From Bacillota bacterium (GTDB lineage Bacteria; Bacillota; Sulfobacillia; JAJZYS01; JAJYTV01): DNA of 64,000 nt. Within the stretch, counting starts at the first letter, position 1; every line of letters begins with the position of its first letter. The stretch is from positions 31,415-95,414 of the forward strand of contig JAJZQO010000001.1 of the NCBI GenBank assembly GCA_021847575.1, written 5' to 3'. The notes beneath the pieces are model-generated. The model searched no databases, had not been told where the DNA came from, and saw nothing but the letters and a program-made list of their open reading frames with translations. Shown one piece after another: positions 28,255 to 41,330 of this stretch. The translations under genes and the position numbers were made by a program.

Positions 28255-29976
28255 ATGGACGCCGACATTTGGTTGGAGATTCGGGAAGACATGACCCTTG
28301 CCGCCGTGTTTCAGCCCATCGTCTCGCTTGCGCATGGGCGCGTCGCGGCGTATGAAGCCTTGAGCAGGCCTACGCTCGGGCGGGAGCAACCGCTTGCGAT
28401 CCTCGATGTCGTGGAGTCGGCGAGGGCAGCCGGACCGCACGCCGAGGCCGAGCTCGATGGCCTCGCCATTACCGCGATCGCCTCAGCCGCCCGCCACCTG
28501 CCGACGGGTGCCATGCTGTTCGTCAACGTGGCGCCGGTCACCGTGCTCGAACAGCCGGAGCTTCTGCAACCCCTCGCGGAGCTGCCTTGTACCGTGGTGC
28601 TCGAGGTGACGGAACGCTCGACCGTCCCGGACACCCGCTGGCACGTGTTCACGCACTCCCTCGACATACTGCGCTGGCGCGGGTTCCTTGTTGCCATGGA
28701 CGACTGTGGTGCGGGCTATTCCGGACTCAATCGGCTGGTGGCGCTCAGGCCGGATTTCGCCAAGGTGGACATGGAGCTCGTGCGCGGTGTCGATCGTGAC
28801 AGCGCCAAGGCGCAACTGGTGGCAGCCCTGGTGTCGTTCTCGCGGCGTGCGGGCATCACGGTGATCGCGGAAGGCGTGGAGACCCGGGCGGAGCTCGAAA
28901 CCCTGAGCGAACTCGGCGTCGACTATGTGCAAGGTTTCCTGCTCGCAAGGCCGGAAAGTGGCTTCGCCGAGACAGAGGTCATGGTGGGACGACAGGGCAA
29001 GCGAAGAAACGCGAGCGATGCAGGCGCCGCGCTCGGCGCCGCCATGCGTCTCGCGCGCATGGCCGTGCGCGGGCTGGGCGACGCGCCGGGTCTTTACGAG
29101 GCGATCGTCCATGCCGCGCGCGACGCCACCGGGGCTGACGCGGCAGTGCTCCGTAGGCGCGTGGGGCAGACGCTTGAGCCTGTGGCCACTTCGGGTGCGC
29201 CACTGCGGCCGCGCGCGATCCCCCTTTCGTCCGGCGACCCGCTGGCCGCCGCGTTCGGCGCGGAGCGCAGCGCGACGCGCCAGACGCACCCGCCGGACGG
29301 CGCCGACAGTGCCTACGGCTCCGCATTCAGCGCTCCTGTCGTCGTGGACGGGGTTGCCTGGGGAGTGCTCACGGTCGGGTTTCAGGAGGAGAACCGCATC
29401 CGCGGCGAGCTGGCCGACCTCGCGACGGGCCTTGCCGATCAGGCAGGCCTCATCCTGGCGGCCAATCAGGGGGGACTCCTGCCGCTGCGGACCGACGCCA
29501 TCGACACGCTTCGCTATGCGGTGCAGCACCCCGGAGACATCTCGGACTTCCTTTCGCGTATCATCCGCGACGTGGAACGTTCGACAGGCTCCCACGACTG
29601 CTGGATCGGCATCGCCCGCGACGGGCGGTTCGATATCATCAGCGGTGACGGCGACGTGGCGGAGACCGAGCTCGCCCAGTGGCTGGATCCCGAGAGCGAG
29701 ATGGGGCGCATGCCGCCTGGCGTTTCGCTGCGCGAGGCCAGACGCGTGATCGTCGACGACATCCGGCTCGAGCCGTCCCTCGCGTCGCAGCTTGAGGACC
29801 TCCTGCAGCAGGCCATCATCTCGGCGGCGGCGATTCCGATGATCAGCCACGAGCGCGTCGTCGGCATTCTTAAGGTCTATCACAGTACAGTGGCGGCCTT
29901 CACCGAGGACCAGCTGACCTTTCTGGAAGAAGTCGCGTCGCTGCTGGCCGACTACCTCGGCCGTATGGCGGCATAG
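28255..29976 (+). CDS. EAL-domain c-di-GMP phosphodiesterase with C-terminal GAF domains
   Basis: FQPIV, YEALSR, FVNV, EVTE, DDCGAGYS, KVD, EGVE, QGF; GAF-like APVVVDGVAWGVL and IPMISHERVVGIL. Confidence 0.85.
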   Translation: MDADIWLEIREDMTLAAVFQPIVSLAHGRVAAYEALSRPTLGREQPLAILDVVESARAAGPHAEAELDGLAITAIASAARHLPTGAMLFVNVAPVTVLEQPELLQPLAELPCTVVLEVTERSTVPDTRWHVFTHSLDILRWRGFLVAMDDCGAGYSGLNRLVALRPDFAKVDMELVRGVDRDSAKAQLVAALVSFSRRAGITVIAEGVETRAELETLSELGVDYVQGFLLARPESGFAETEVMVGRQGKRRNASDAGAALGAAMRLARMAVRGLGDAPGLYEAIVHAARDATGADAAVLRRRVGQTLEPVATSGAPLRPRAIPLSSGDPLAAAFGAERSATRQTHPPDGADSAYGSAFSAPVVVDGVAWGVLTVGFQEENRIRGELADLATGLADQAGLILAANQGGLLPLRTDAIDTLRYAVQHPGDISDFLSRIIRDVERSTGSHDCWIGIARDGRFDIISGDGDVAETELAQWLDPESEMGRMPPGVSLREARRVIVDDIRLEPSLASQLEDLLQQAIISAAAIPMISHERVVGILKVYHSTVAAFTEDQLTFLEEVASLLADYLGRMAA

Positions 29977-29998
29977 GGCAAACAGTCCAGGTCTTTCA

Positions 29999-30037
29999 GG
30001 GTCCTGTCCGAGGCGAGTCGGGCAGGACCCCGTTTTT
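29999..30037 (+). terminator. Rho-independent terminator
   Basis: GGGTCCTGTCCGA/TCGGGCAGGACCC stem followed by T-run. Confidence 0.7.
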
Positions 30038-30151
30038 GCGCTTTACCGACAGAATGCGACAAACAGCCCATGACATATGGACCTTGTCGCCTCTACCTTA
30101 CGGGATATAGGGCATAGTCGCCATTGCCCGGAGCGGTTGTGGAGGTCAAGT

Positions 30152-34144
<3,993 letters not shown>

Positions 34145-34272
34145 ACGGTTTGGCCCTGCGCCTGCGCCGGACGTCTCAGGCGCGGCGGGTGTCAAGAGAA
34201 GCAGGAATCAAGAGATGCACAGCTCTGCTCAGAATAGAGCGGCACGGTGCAGGTTGAGAGGAACGGTCGAGC

Positions 34273-35232
34273 GTGCAGAGGATACTGATCGTCGACGATG
34301 TCCCAGCCAACATCAAGATCCTGCGCGAATTGCTGGTGGGCAATTACGAGCTCTTCGTGGCCACGAACGGCAGGATGGCCGTGGAGGTGGCGGAAGCCAA
34401 GCTGCCCGATCTCATCCTGATGGATGTCATGATGCCGGAGGTGGACGGCGTTACCGCATGCGGCATCCTGCGCGGCAGGCCCGCCACTGCCGAGATCCCG
34501 GTCATTTTCCTCACTGCCAAGAGCGATGTCGACGACATGGTCCGGGGGTTCGACGCGGGCGGGGTCGATTATGTCACGAAGCCGTTCAACCCTTCTGAGC
34601 TGAACGCCCGTGTCAGGACCCATCTCGAGCTGAAGCGCGCCCGTGAGCAGCTGCAGCGGTACGGGCGGCAGCTCGAGGAGGCGAACCGGCAGCTCGAGAG
34701 CAGGAACGACCAGCTCAACGAGGCGATCGATCAGTTGCACACGGCGGCCATGACCGATTCCCTTACCGGGCTGCGCAACCGGCGCCACATGACCATGCAG
34801 ATCCAGCAGGAGATGGTGCGCTTCAGCCGGTCCCAACGCGTCTTTGCCCTTGTTCTGGCGGACATCGACCACTTCAAGCAGGTCAACGACCGCTTCGGTC
34901 ATGATTGCGGCGACGAAGTGCTCCGCACTGTGGCGGAGGTGCTGCGGCAAGGCTTGCGCGAACAGGACAACGTCGCGCGATGGGGCGGCGAGGAGTTCCT
35001 GCTGCTGCTGCCCGAGACGGACGTGGACGGGGCTCTGCTGGTCGCTGAGAAGCTGCGCGCCCAGGTCGAACTGTCGACGATGCACTGCCAGACGCAGGAG
35101 ATCAGGGTCACGTTGACGTTCGGGGTGACGTCCTACAACGGGACCACGAACATGGACGAGGCCATACGGGAGGCGGACAGCGCTCTCTACATGGGCAAGA
35201 AGCGCGGGCGCAACTGCGTCGTGGCGTTCTGA
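34273..35232 (+). CDS. Response-regulator diguanylate cyclase (REC-GGDEF)
   Basis: ILIVDD, LMDVMMP, DIDHFKQVND, RWGGEEF, RxxD I-site (REQD). Confidence 0.95.
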   Translation: MQRILIVDDVPANIKILRELLVGNYELFVATNGRMAVEVAEAKLPDLILMDVMMPEVDGVTACGILRGRPATAEIPVIFLTAKSDVDDMVRGFDAGGVDYVTKPFNPSELNARVRTHLELKRAREQLQRYGRQLEEANRQLESRNDQLNEAIDQLHTAAMTDSLTGLRNRRHMTMQIQQEMVRFSRSQRVFALVLADIDHFKQVNDRFGHDCGDEVLRTVAEVLRQGLREQDNVARWGGEEFLLLLPETDVDGALLVAEKLRAQVELSTMHCQTQEIRVTLTFGVTSYNGTTNMDEAIREADSALYMGKKRGRNCVVAF

Positions 35233-35405
35233 GCGCCGTTGCGGGATCCGGATCTTAGGGCACTGGGACGGGAACCCACGCGGCCAGACCCGGTCCGCGC
35301 GACAGAAGGGCACGGCGCCGCGGTTGGAGAACCGCGGGGTGCGGGGCCCTGCGGCGCGAATGCCCGCCTAAGGCCAGCTTGCCGAACTTGGAGGTGCGAA
35401 ACGGC

Positions 35406-35633
35406 GTGCACAAGGCTTTCCTGAAGCAGATGCAGACCCTGTTGACGACGGCCTTCGGACTGATTGCCGCGCTTGCCTGGAACACGGCGATCACCACCCT
35501 GGTGCACACCTACCTGCCCGCAGGATCCGGTCTCGTGATGCTCTTTGTCTATGCCATCGTCATCACCGCCCTTGCGGTCTTCGTTGGCATGACACTGGCG
35601 CGTGCTGCGACCAGGATCGGGCTCGACGAGTAG
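35406..35633 (+). CDS. Small membrane protein, DUF5654-like
   Basis: LLTTAFGLIAALAWNTAI...YAIVIT motif; GGAGGTG RBS. Confidence 0.75.
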   Translation: MHKAFLKQMQTLLTTAFGLIAALAWNTAITTLVHTYLPAGSGLVMLFVYAIVITALAVFVGMTLARAATRIGLDE

Positions 35634-35672
35634 TCGCGGCGTCGGCGGGAGGGGGGCGGGGCGACTTCGCCT

Positions 35673-36584
35673 TCAGGCGCCGGCCCGCATAATAGCGGCC
35701 GCCTCGCGGCAGGTGGCGATGAAGGCGGCCGCCGATCGGGACAGGTAGGCTCCACGGGCAGTTACAATCTGCAGCTCGCGATGAGGTCGCTGGCTCAAGC
35801 GGAGCGCGCGCAACAGGCCGAGGTGTTCTTCCTGCTCGATCGACATGCGCGGAGCGATGCTCACTCCCATGCCGATCTCCACGAGTCCCTTGATCCCTTG
35901 GATGCTCGACATCTCCTGTGCGATGCGCGGCGAGAAGCCGGCACGAGCGCAGGTTTCCCAGAGCACCGCCCGCAGGCTGAAACCTGCCTCGAGCACCACG
36001 AACGGGCGATCCCTCAGTTCGCGAAGGTCTATCTCCTTGCGATCGGCCAAAGGATCGTCCACCGGCACGATGGCGTAGAGCTCCTCCGACAGGAGGTGCT
36101 CTACGCCGATCTGCGGGCTCTCCTCGGCGTTCGTCACGACGCCGAGATCCAGGCGATGGGCCGCAAGCTGCTCGAGAATGCCAGTGGCGCTCGACTCGAC
36201 GACGCGCAGGTCGATGGCGGGGTGCCGGCTCCGGAATGCCTTGATCGCCGTCGGTATCAGGTGCGCCGTGATTGTGGGCATGGTGCCGAACACGAGCCTG
36301 CCGCGCTGCAGGCCCGAGAGGGCGTCGACCGTGTCCGCGATCTCCGCCACGTGGCGCAGGACCTGCCGGGCGTGCGGCAGGACGGCGTGGCCCACCTCCG
36401 TCAGGCGCACGCCGCGTGGCAGTCGGTCGAAGAGCGGCAGGCCAAGCTCTTTTTCCAGGGCCAGAATCCGTGCGCTCACGGACGGCTGGGCGACGTAGAG
36501 CGCCTGCGCCGCCGCGGTGATGCTATGTCGGTCGGCGGCTTCCACGAACATCTCGAGTTGCCTCAGCTCCATCCAGGACCCCAT
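35673..36584 (-). CDS. LysR family regulator
   Basis: MELRQLEMF...SITAAAQALYVAQPSVSARI..LEKELG..LFDR. Confidence 0.95.
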   Translation of the reverse strand: MGSWMELRQLEMFVEAADRHSITAAAQALYVAQPSVSARILALEKELGLPLFDRLPRGVRLTEVGHAVLPHARQVLRHVAEIADTVDALSGLQRGRLVFGTMPTITAHLIPTAIKAFRSRHPAIDLRVVESSATGILEQLAAHRLDLGVVTNAEESPQIGVEHLLSEELYAIVPVDDPLADRKEIDLRELRDRPFVVLEAGFSLRAVLWETCARAGFSPRIAQEMSSIQGIKGLVEIGMGVSIAPRMSIEQEEHLGLLRALRLSQRPHRELQIVTARGAYLSRSAAAFIATCREAAAIMRAGA

Positions 36585-36737
36585 CCTCCGTGAACCTGTG
36601 TTGACACACCCATAGGGTAAAACGATGGCTCATAGCAGAAGTAGATATTAGACATATGGCATGGGCGATCCTACCTTGGAGGCGGGAACGCAGAGACCGG
36701 CCGACAGCCTTGCCGGGCGGCAGGGAGGACATCGGAT

Positions 36738-36977
36738 ATGATCCAGAGGCACGCGGTTACCCTGGGGAACATGTCGCGGACGACGGTCAAGCATGGGGAG
36801 GGCCACCTCGAACTCGAGCAGCTTGGACGCTGGGTTGGCCACACGTGGACACGCCTTTGGCAGCAGGACTCGCTTGAGCGGCGGATCGGCTCGGCGGTGC
36901 ACTTCCAGTTGCGGCGCAGACCCGAGCCAGGCGACGAGATGCTCGTCAACCGGATCGTCGAGGAATTGTCCCGCTAG
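36738..36977 (+). CDS. Hypothetical protein (79 aa), divergent from LysR
   Basis: GGGAGG RBS; coding-like codon use; T-N11-A elements in the intergenic region. Confidence 0.6.
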   Translation: MIQRHAVTLGNMSRTTVKHGEGHLELEQLGRWVGHTWTRLWQQDSLERRIGSAVHFQLRRRPEPGDEMLVNRIVEELSR

Positions 36978-37356
36978 CGTCCGCTGCCGTAAGGCGGACC
37001 AGGCATCGAGCGGGGACGGGTGGCCTTGGCCGCCCGTCCCCGCTGGCATCTTTGCAGCCCCGCTGCAACCGGGGAACGGCGGACCGTGTTGCTTGGCTTC
37101 GTCGGAGGCGTCCGTACCGGCCCCAGGGGGCCTCACGCGTTGCTTTCGTTCTAACCCTATGCGCCTCGTGAAACGCTCCATTTCGCCGGCTCTTTCGCTT
37201 GTGGCCTGCCGCGGGAGGCGTGGGGCGACTCCCCGCGGTTCGTCGGCCACGGCCCATGGGGGAGGATGGTCGCCACCCGTGCAAAGGGGTTCCGAGAACT
37301 CATGCGGCTATCAGGTCGCAGTGCCCCAGCGCGTCCGTCCCCTCGCCACGTCGAAC

Positions 37357-38766
37357 CTATGCCAGGTCGCGAGCTGCGCCGATGATCGCGTCCACCGCCT
37401 CATCCACGCGATCCTGATGGGTGCGGTGCGCGAGGATGGCGAGGCGCACCGTGAAGCGGCCGCCCACGACGGTGCTCGAGAGAAACGCGCGGCGGCCGAG
37501 GTTGACCCGCTGGAGGAGCAGGCGGCTCAGTTGGTCCGATTCGGCTTCGTCACGTCCCCGCATGCGCAAGCCGACGACCGTCAGAGTGGGGGGGACAGGC
37601 AGTTCGAGTGTGCCTTCCGCAGCTAGCCGCCGGAAGGCGTGTTGTGCCAGGTCGAGCTTCTCATCGAGAGCGTCGCGGAACGCACCGACGCCGTAGAGGT
37701 GCAGCGGCAGCCAGATCCTGAGTCCCCTGAGCTCGCGCGTCAGCTCCGGGCCGAGGTCGGCAGCGTCTGGTACCAGTTGCTCGTCCAGGTCCTGCAGATA
37801 GTGGCCCGAGACGGCATGGGCCGCCCGCAGCGTCTCGACGTCGCGGACGACGAGAGCTCCCGTGCCGTACGGTGCGAACAGCGATTTGTGGGGATCGAGC
37901 GTGACCGAGTCGGCGCGCTCGATGCCTGCGAGGAGTGCCAGGCCGCGTGCCGTGAGGCGGAAGAAGCCGCCGTAGGCCCCGTCGACGTGCAGCCAGATGC
38001 CGTTGCGGGCAGCCACGTCGGCCACGGCCTCGAGGGGGTCGACGACACCGGTGTTCGTGGTACCGGCCGACGCCACCACCATGAACGGACGCAGGCCTGC
38101 GCGCCTGTCACTCGCAATCATGCCTTCAAGTGCGGCGACGTCCATGCGCAGATCGCTTGCGCACGGCACGACGCGCAGCGCCCGCCGCGGCAGGCCTGCG
38201 AGGCGGACCGCCTTCGCCACGGACTGGTGCGCTTCTTCGGTCAGGTAGACGACCCCAGCGGCAAGATCCTCCTGCAGCCGCTCGCGGGCTGCGACGACGG
38301 CGGCGAAATTGGCGATCGACCCACCCGAGACGAGGATGCCGCCGCCGCCGTCCGGCATGCCCATGAGGTCGGCAAGCCAGCGCACGACGCTCCACTCGAG
38401 GGCAGCGAGGCCCGGCGCGGTACCGGCCATGCCGACGTATCTATTGGTCGCGCGTGCGTATAGATCGGCGACAGCGCCGGCGAAGAGTCCGCCGCCCGGG
38501 ATGTAGCCGAGGTAGCCTGGGCCGGCCGTCTCGACGGCCAGGTCGGTCGCGGCTGCCATGCGCTCGAGGATGTATTGGAGGTCTTCAGGGTGTTCCGGCG
38601 GGGGAGCCAGGAGACGCCGCTGCAAATCGCGGATCTCGGCCTGAGGAACGCCGGCGAGACTTGCCGGGCGCTCTTGGAGTTCGTTCACGAAGCCTACGGC
38701 GCGTGCGAGGACGGTCTCGGCCAAGCTCTCCATCTCGGTCCGGTCCGGTTCGAGGGGGTAGCGCAA
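37357..38766 (-). CDS. Group II PLP-dependent amino acid decarboxylase
   Basis: GGSIAN, ASAGTTNTG, WLHVDGAYGG, DSVTLDPHK. Confidence 0.9.
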   Translation of the reverse strand: MRYPLEPDRTEMESLAETVLARAVGFVNELQERPASLAGVPQAEIRDLQRRLLAPPPEHPEDLQYILERMAAATDLAVETAGPGYLGYIPGGGLFAGAVADLYARATNRYVGMAGTAPGLAALEWSVVRWLADLMGMPDGGGGILVSGGSIANFAAVVAARERLQEDLAAGVVYLTEEAHQSVAKAVRLAGLPRRALRVVPCASDLRMDVAALEGMIASDRRAGLRPFMVVASAGTTNTGVVDPLEAVADVAARNGIWLHVDGAYGGFFRLTARGLALLAGIERADSVTLDPHKSLFAPYGTGALVVRDVETLRAAHAVSGHYLQDLDEQLVPDAADLGPELTRELRGLRIWLPLHLYGVGAFRDALDEKLDLAQHAFRRLAAEGTLELPVPPTLTVVGLRMRGRDEAESDQLSRLLLQRVNLGRRAFLSSTVVGGRFTVRLAILAHRTHQDRVDEAVDAIIGAARDLA

Positions 38767-38832
38767 CGCAAAGCCTCCCAGCGGTCGGTGCCGCCCTCCT
38801 TCGCCTAGACGCGGCGCCGCACCTGCGGGAGG

Positions 38833-39687
38833 CTATGGCACCACGGCGGGGCTTGGCCGCAGCGGCATCGGTGTCGCGACGAAGGCTAGCATTCCCACCC
38901 CCACCGTGACGAGCGTGCCGATCTGTATCTCGCTGTAGATCGTCGCCGCATCGTGCAGAGGCACCTCCACGCAGCCGAGACTCTGCGGGTAGCCGTAGCC
39001 GGACCGCCAGAAGCCGTGGACAGCCTCACCGCCGAAGAAGTAGCTGATGTTGTACACCGGATCGGCGTAGGCGGTGCCGTCGAGGTTCTTGCCACGCATC
39101 ACCTGGAAGGGCAGGCGAAGGAAGACGGGATGCGTGCCAAGGGCGGTGGGCGCACCGGGCACGCCGGTGTTCGCGGGCACCTCCTGGAGGACGCCGTGCA
39201 GCGACCAGACAAGCAGCGACTCGGGCCGGTGCTCGCTGACGTAGACGTAGGTGAACGGATGCTTTGCGTGCCAGCCTCTGTGCAGGTCTGCGGCAAGGTG
39301 GCCGAGCAAGGCCGACAGGCCGAGACTCCCCGGCTTCAGATTGACATCCGCCTCGTAGCTCCACTCCGCGCCCTGCAGGAGTACGGTCGGGACGCCCGGC
39401 TGGAGGAGGGACCGCAGGGGCTGCGGCATCGAGGGGCGGGCGAAGGTGAATGCCTGCCCGTTCCAGCCGACAGGGAGGTAGCCCATATGCGCGAGGTCTT
39501 CCTGGAGCGTGAGCACCTGCAACGTCTGGGGCGCCGGTGGCAAAGAGGCATCGGCCTGCTGTGCCTGCCAGTGGTTGAGCCCTGTTTGGGCGCGGGCGGT
39601 TGGTTCTATGGCTGCGGGTAGGCCGACACTGGCCAAAAGGAGCAGAGCGGCCAGGGCCGCGCTGGACCGAAAGCTCTTGGTCCGCAT
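38833..39687 (-). CDS. L,D-transpeptidase (YkuD domain), exported
   Basis: Signal peptide; NTG..GAPTALG; VHG...QSLGCV catalytic His/Cys. Confidence 0.8.
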   Translation of the reverse strand: MRTKSFRSSAALAALLLLASVGLPAAIEPTARAQTGLNHWQAQQADASLPPAPQTLQVLTLQEDLAHMGYLPVGWNGQAFTFARPSMPQPLRSLLQPGVPTVLLQGAEWSYEADVNLKPGSLGLSALLGHLAADLHRGWHAKHPFTYVYVSEHRPESLLVWSLHGVLQEVPANTGVPGAPTALGTHPVFLRLPFQVMRGKNLDGTAYADPVYNISYFFGGEAVHGFWRSGYGYPQSLGCVEVPLHDAATIYSEIQIGTLVTVGVGMLAFVATPMPLRPSPAVVP

Positions 39688-39750
39688 GCCTTCGGTATAT
39701 GCGCGAACGTAGGCGACGGGTCACGCTACGTGTCGAGAGCGCCGGGAAAC

Positions 39751-41142
39751 TTACGCGTCGCCCAGTTCGCTGAGGTAGGTCGCCGCAGGCACGCTGCGGT
39801 GCGACGCGTGCAGGCTTTCGCCGTTGTCGTAGGCCTCCTCGCCGTGCATCGCCCGATCGCCTGCCTCGATTACAGGATCGGCTGCCCGGAGCGGCACGAC
39901 GAGGCCGACGAGTCTCAGGACGACGTAGGTCGCGCTGGCGTCGTAGGCCACGATTGCCACGAGCGCCAGGAACTGTGCGAGGAGAAGGCGCGGGTTGCCG
40001 TAGAGGAGGCCCGCGACGCTGGCGCCGCGCCTTGGCCCGACGCCGAGGTAGACGAGCACGCGCGGGTCCGCGAGGACACCTGTCAGCAGGCCGCCGAGCG
40101 CTCCGGCGACTCCGTGTGTGTGGATCACGCCGAGCGCGTCGTCCACCCTGCGAAAGAGGCCGCGCCGACCAAGGAGGTTCATGGTAAGCCAGGGAACGGT
40201 CCCGGCAAGGGCGCCGATCACCAGCGCGCCCACGCCGTCCACGTAGCCTGCGGCTGGCGTGATCGCCACGAGACCAGCGATCAGGCCGTTGATCGCTCCG
40301 CTCAGGGACGCGCGTCCGGTCGTCCACACATCCAGCGCGAGCCACGCCAGCAGGGCCGTCGCGGCGGCGAGGTTCGTGTTGAGCACGGCAACCGCGGCGT
40401 CGGCGTTGGCGAAATAGGGATCTCCGCCGTTGAAGCCGTTCCAGCCGAGCCAGAGAATGCCCGCACCGACGAGCGCGAGCATCAGGCTGGCGGGTCGCGC
40501 TGGACCGCGGTCCTTGGCGAGGCGCGGCCCGAGCATCGCTGCGAGCACGAAACCCGACACGCCCGCGCCCAGATGGATCACGTAGCCGCCGCTATAGTCG
40601 ACGGCGCCCATCTGGGAGAGGATCCCTCCGCCCCAGAGGGAGAAGGCGACGACGCAGTAGACGAGGGTCGTCCAGATAGGGACGAAGAGCATCCACGCCT
40701 TGAAGTTCATCCGTCCGAGCGCCGCGCCGGCCATGAGCCCGGGCGCGATCGCCGCGAAGGCGAACTGGAAGTAGATCATGGCCGACTGGGGGAAGCGCAG
40801 GGCTGGCATGGCGGACACGAGCAGCGGTACGCTTGCCGGTACCTGCAAGGCAGAAGCCCCTAGGACCGGGCCCGGCCTCCCAACGATCGCGGACAGCGCC
40901 CCAGCACCGAGCCGCAGCGCTGGCCCGAAACTCATTTGGTAGCCCCAAAGCACCCACACCAACAGCACGGCGGCGAAAGCATAGAGGACCATCATGGCCG
41001 AGTTCACGGCGAATCGCCGCTGCACGAGGCCGCCGTACAGCACGGCGAGGCCCGGCACGGCCATGAGGCCCACCAACGTGGCGGAGATGAGCTGCCAGGC
41101 GACATCGCCAGGATTGAGATAGACCGCACTCGGGACCAGCAT
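39751..41142 (-). CDS. amt: Ammonium transporter
   Basis: GDVAWQL, FQFAFAAI, DYSGGYVIH, LWLGWNGFNGG, DDALGVIHTHG. Confidence 0.95.
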   Translation of the reverse strand: MLVPSAVYLNPGDVAWQLISATLVGLMAVPGLAVLYGGLVQRRFAVNSAMMVLYAFAAVLLVWVLWGYQMSFGPALRLGAGALSAIVGRPGPVLGASALQVPASVPLLVSAMPALRFPQSAMIYFQFAFAAIAPGLMAGAALGRMNFKAWMLFVPIWTTLVYCVVAFSLWGGGILSQMGAVDYSGGYVIHLGAGVSGFVLAAMLGPRLAKDRGPARPASLMLALVGAGILWLGWNGFNGGDPYFANADAAVAVLNTNLAAATALLAWLALDVWTTGRASLSGAINGLIAGLVAITPAAGYVDGVGALVIGALAGTVPWLTMNLLGRRGLFRRVDDALGVIHTHGVAGALGGLLTGVLADPRVLVYLGVGPRRGASVAGLLYGNPRLLLAQFLALVAIVAYDASATYVVLRLVGLVVPLRAADPVIEAGDRAMHGEEAYDNGESLHASHRSVPAATYLSELGDA

Positions 41143-41199
41143 ACACGGCCGCCTCCCTTCCCTTCGCGTGCCACCAGACAGGGTCCGCCAGGTCAAACC

Positions 41200-41216
41200 T
41201 GACAAGATACCTGACA
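41200..41216. promoter_or_regulatory. Candidate GlnR/TnrA box upstream of amt
   Basis: TGACA-AGATACC-TGACA, one mismatch from TGTNA-N7-TNACA. Confidence 0.45.
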
Positions 41217-41330
41217 GGGCATCGCTGCTGGTTGACGCGATTCTACCAGGGATGGCGAGATTCCGTATGCTTTTGTGAGGTATGGGTTTTTATGCGACAA
41301 TTCCGCATACCAATGGTGACAGAGTGCGGC

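Noticed and set aside
36990-37200. 6S RNA candidate
   Set aside because: Could not form the long closing stem with central bubble; kept only as an unspecified structured region
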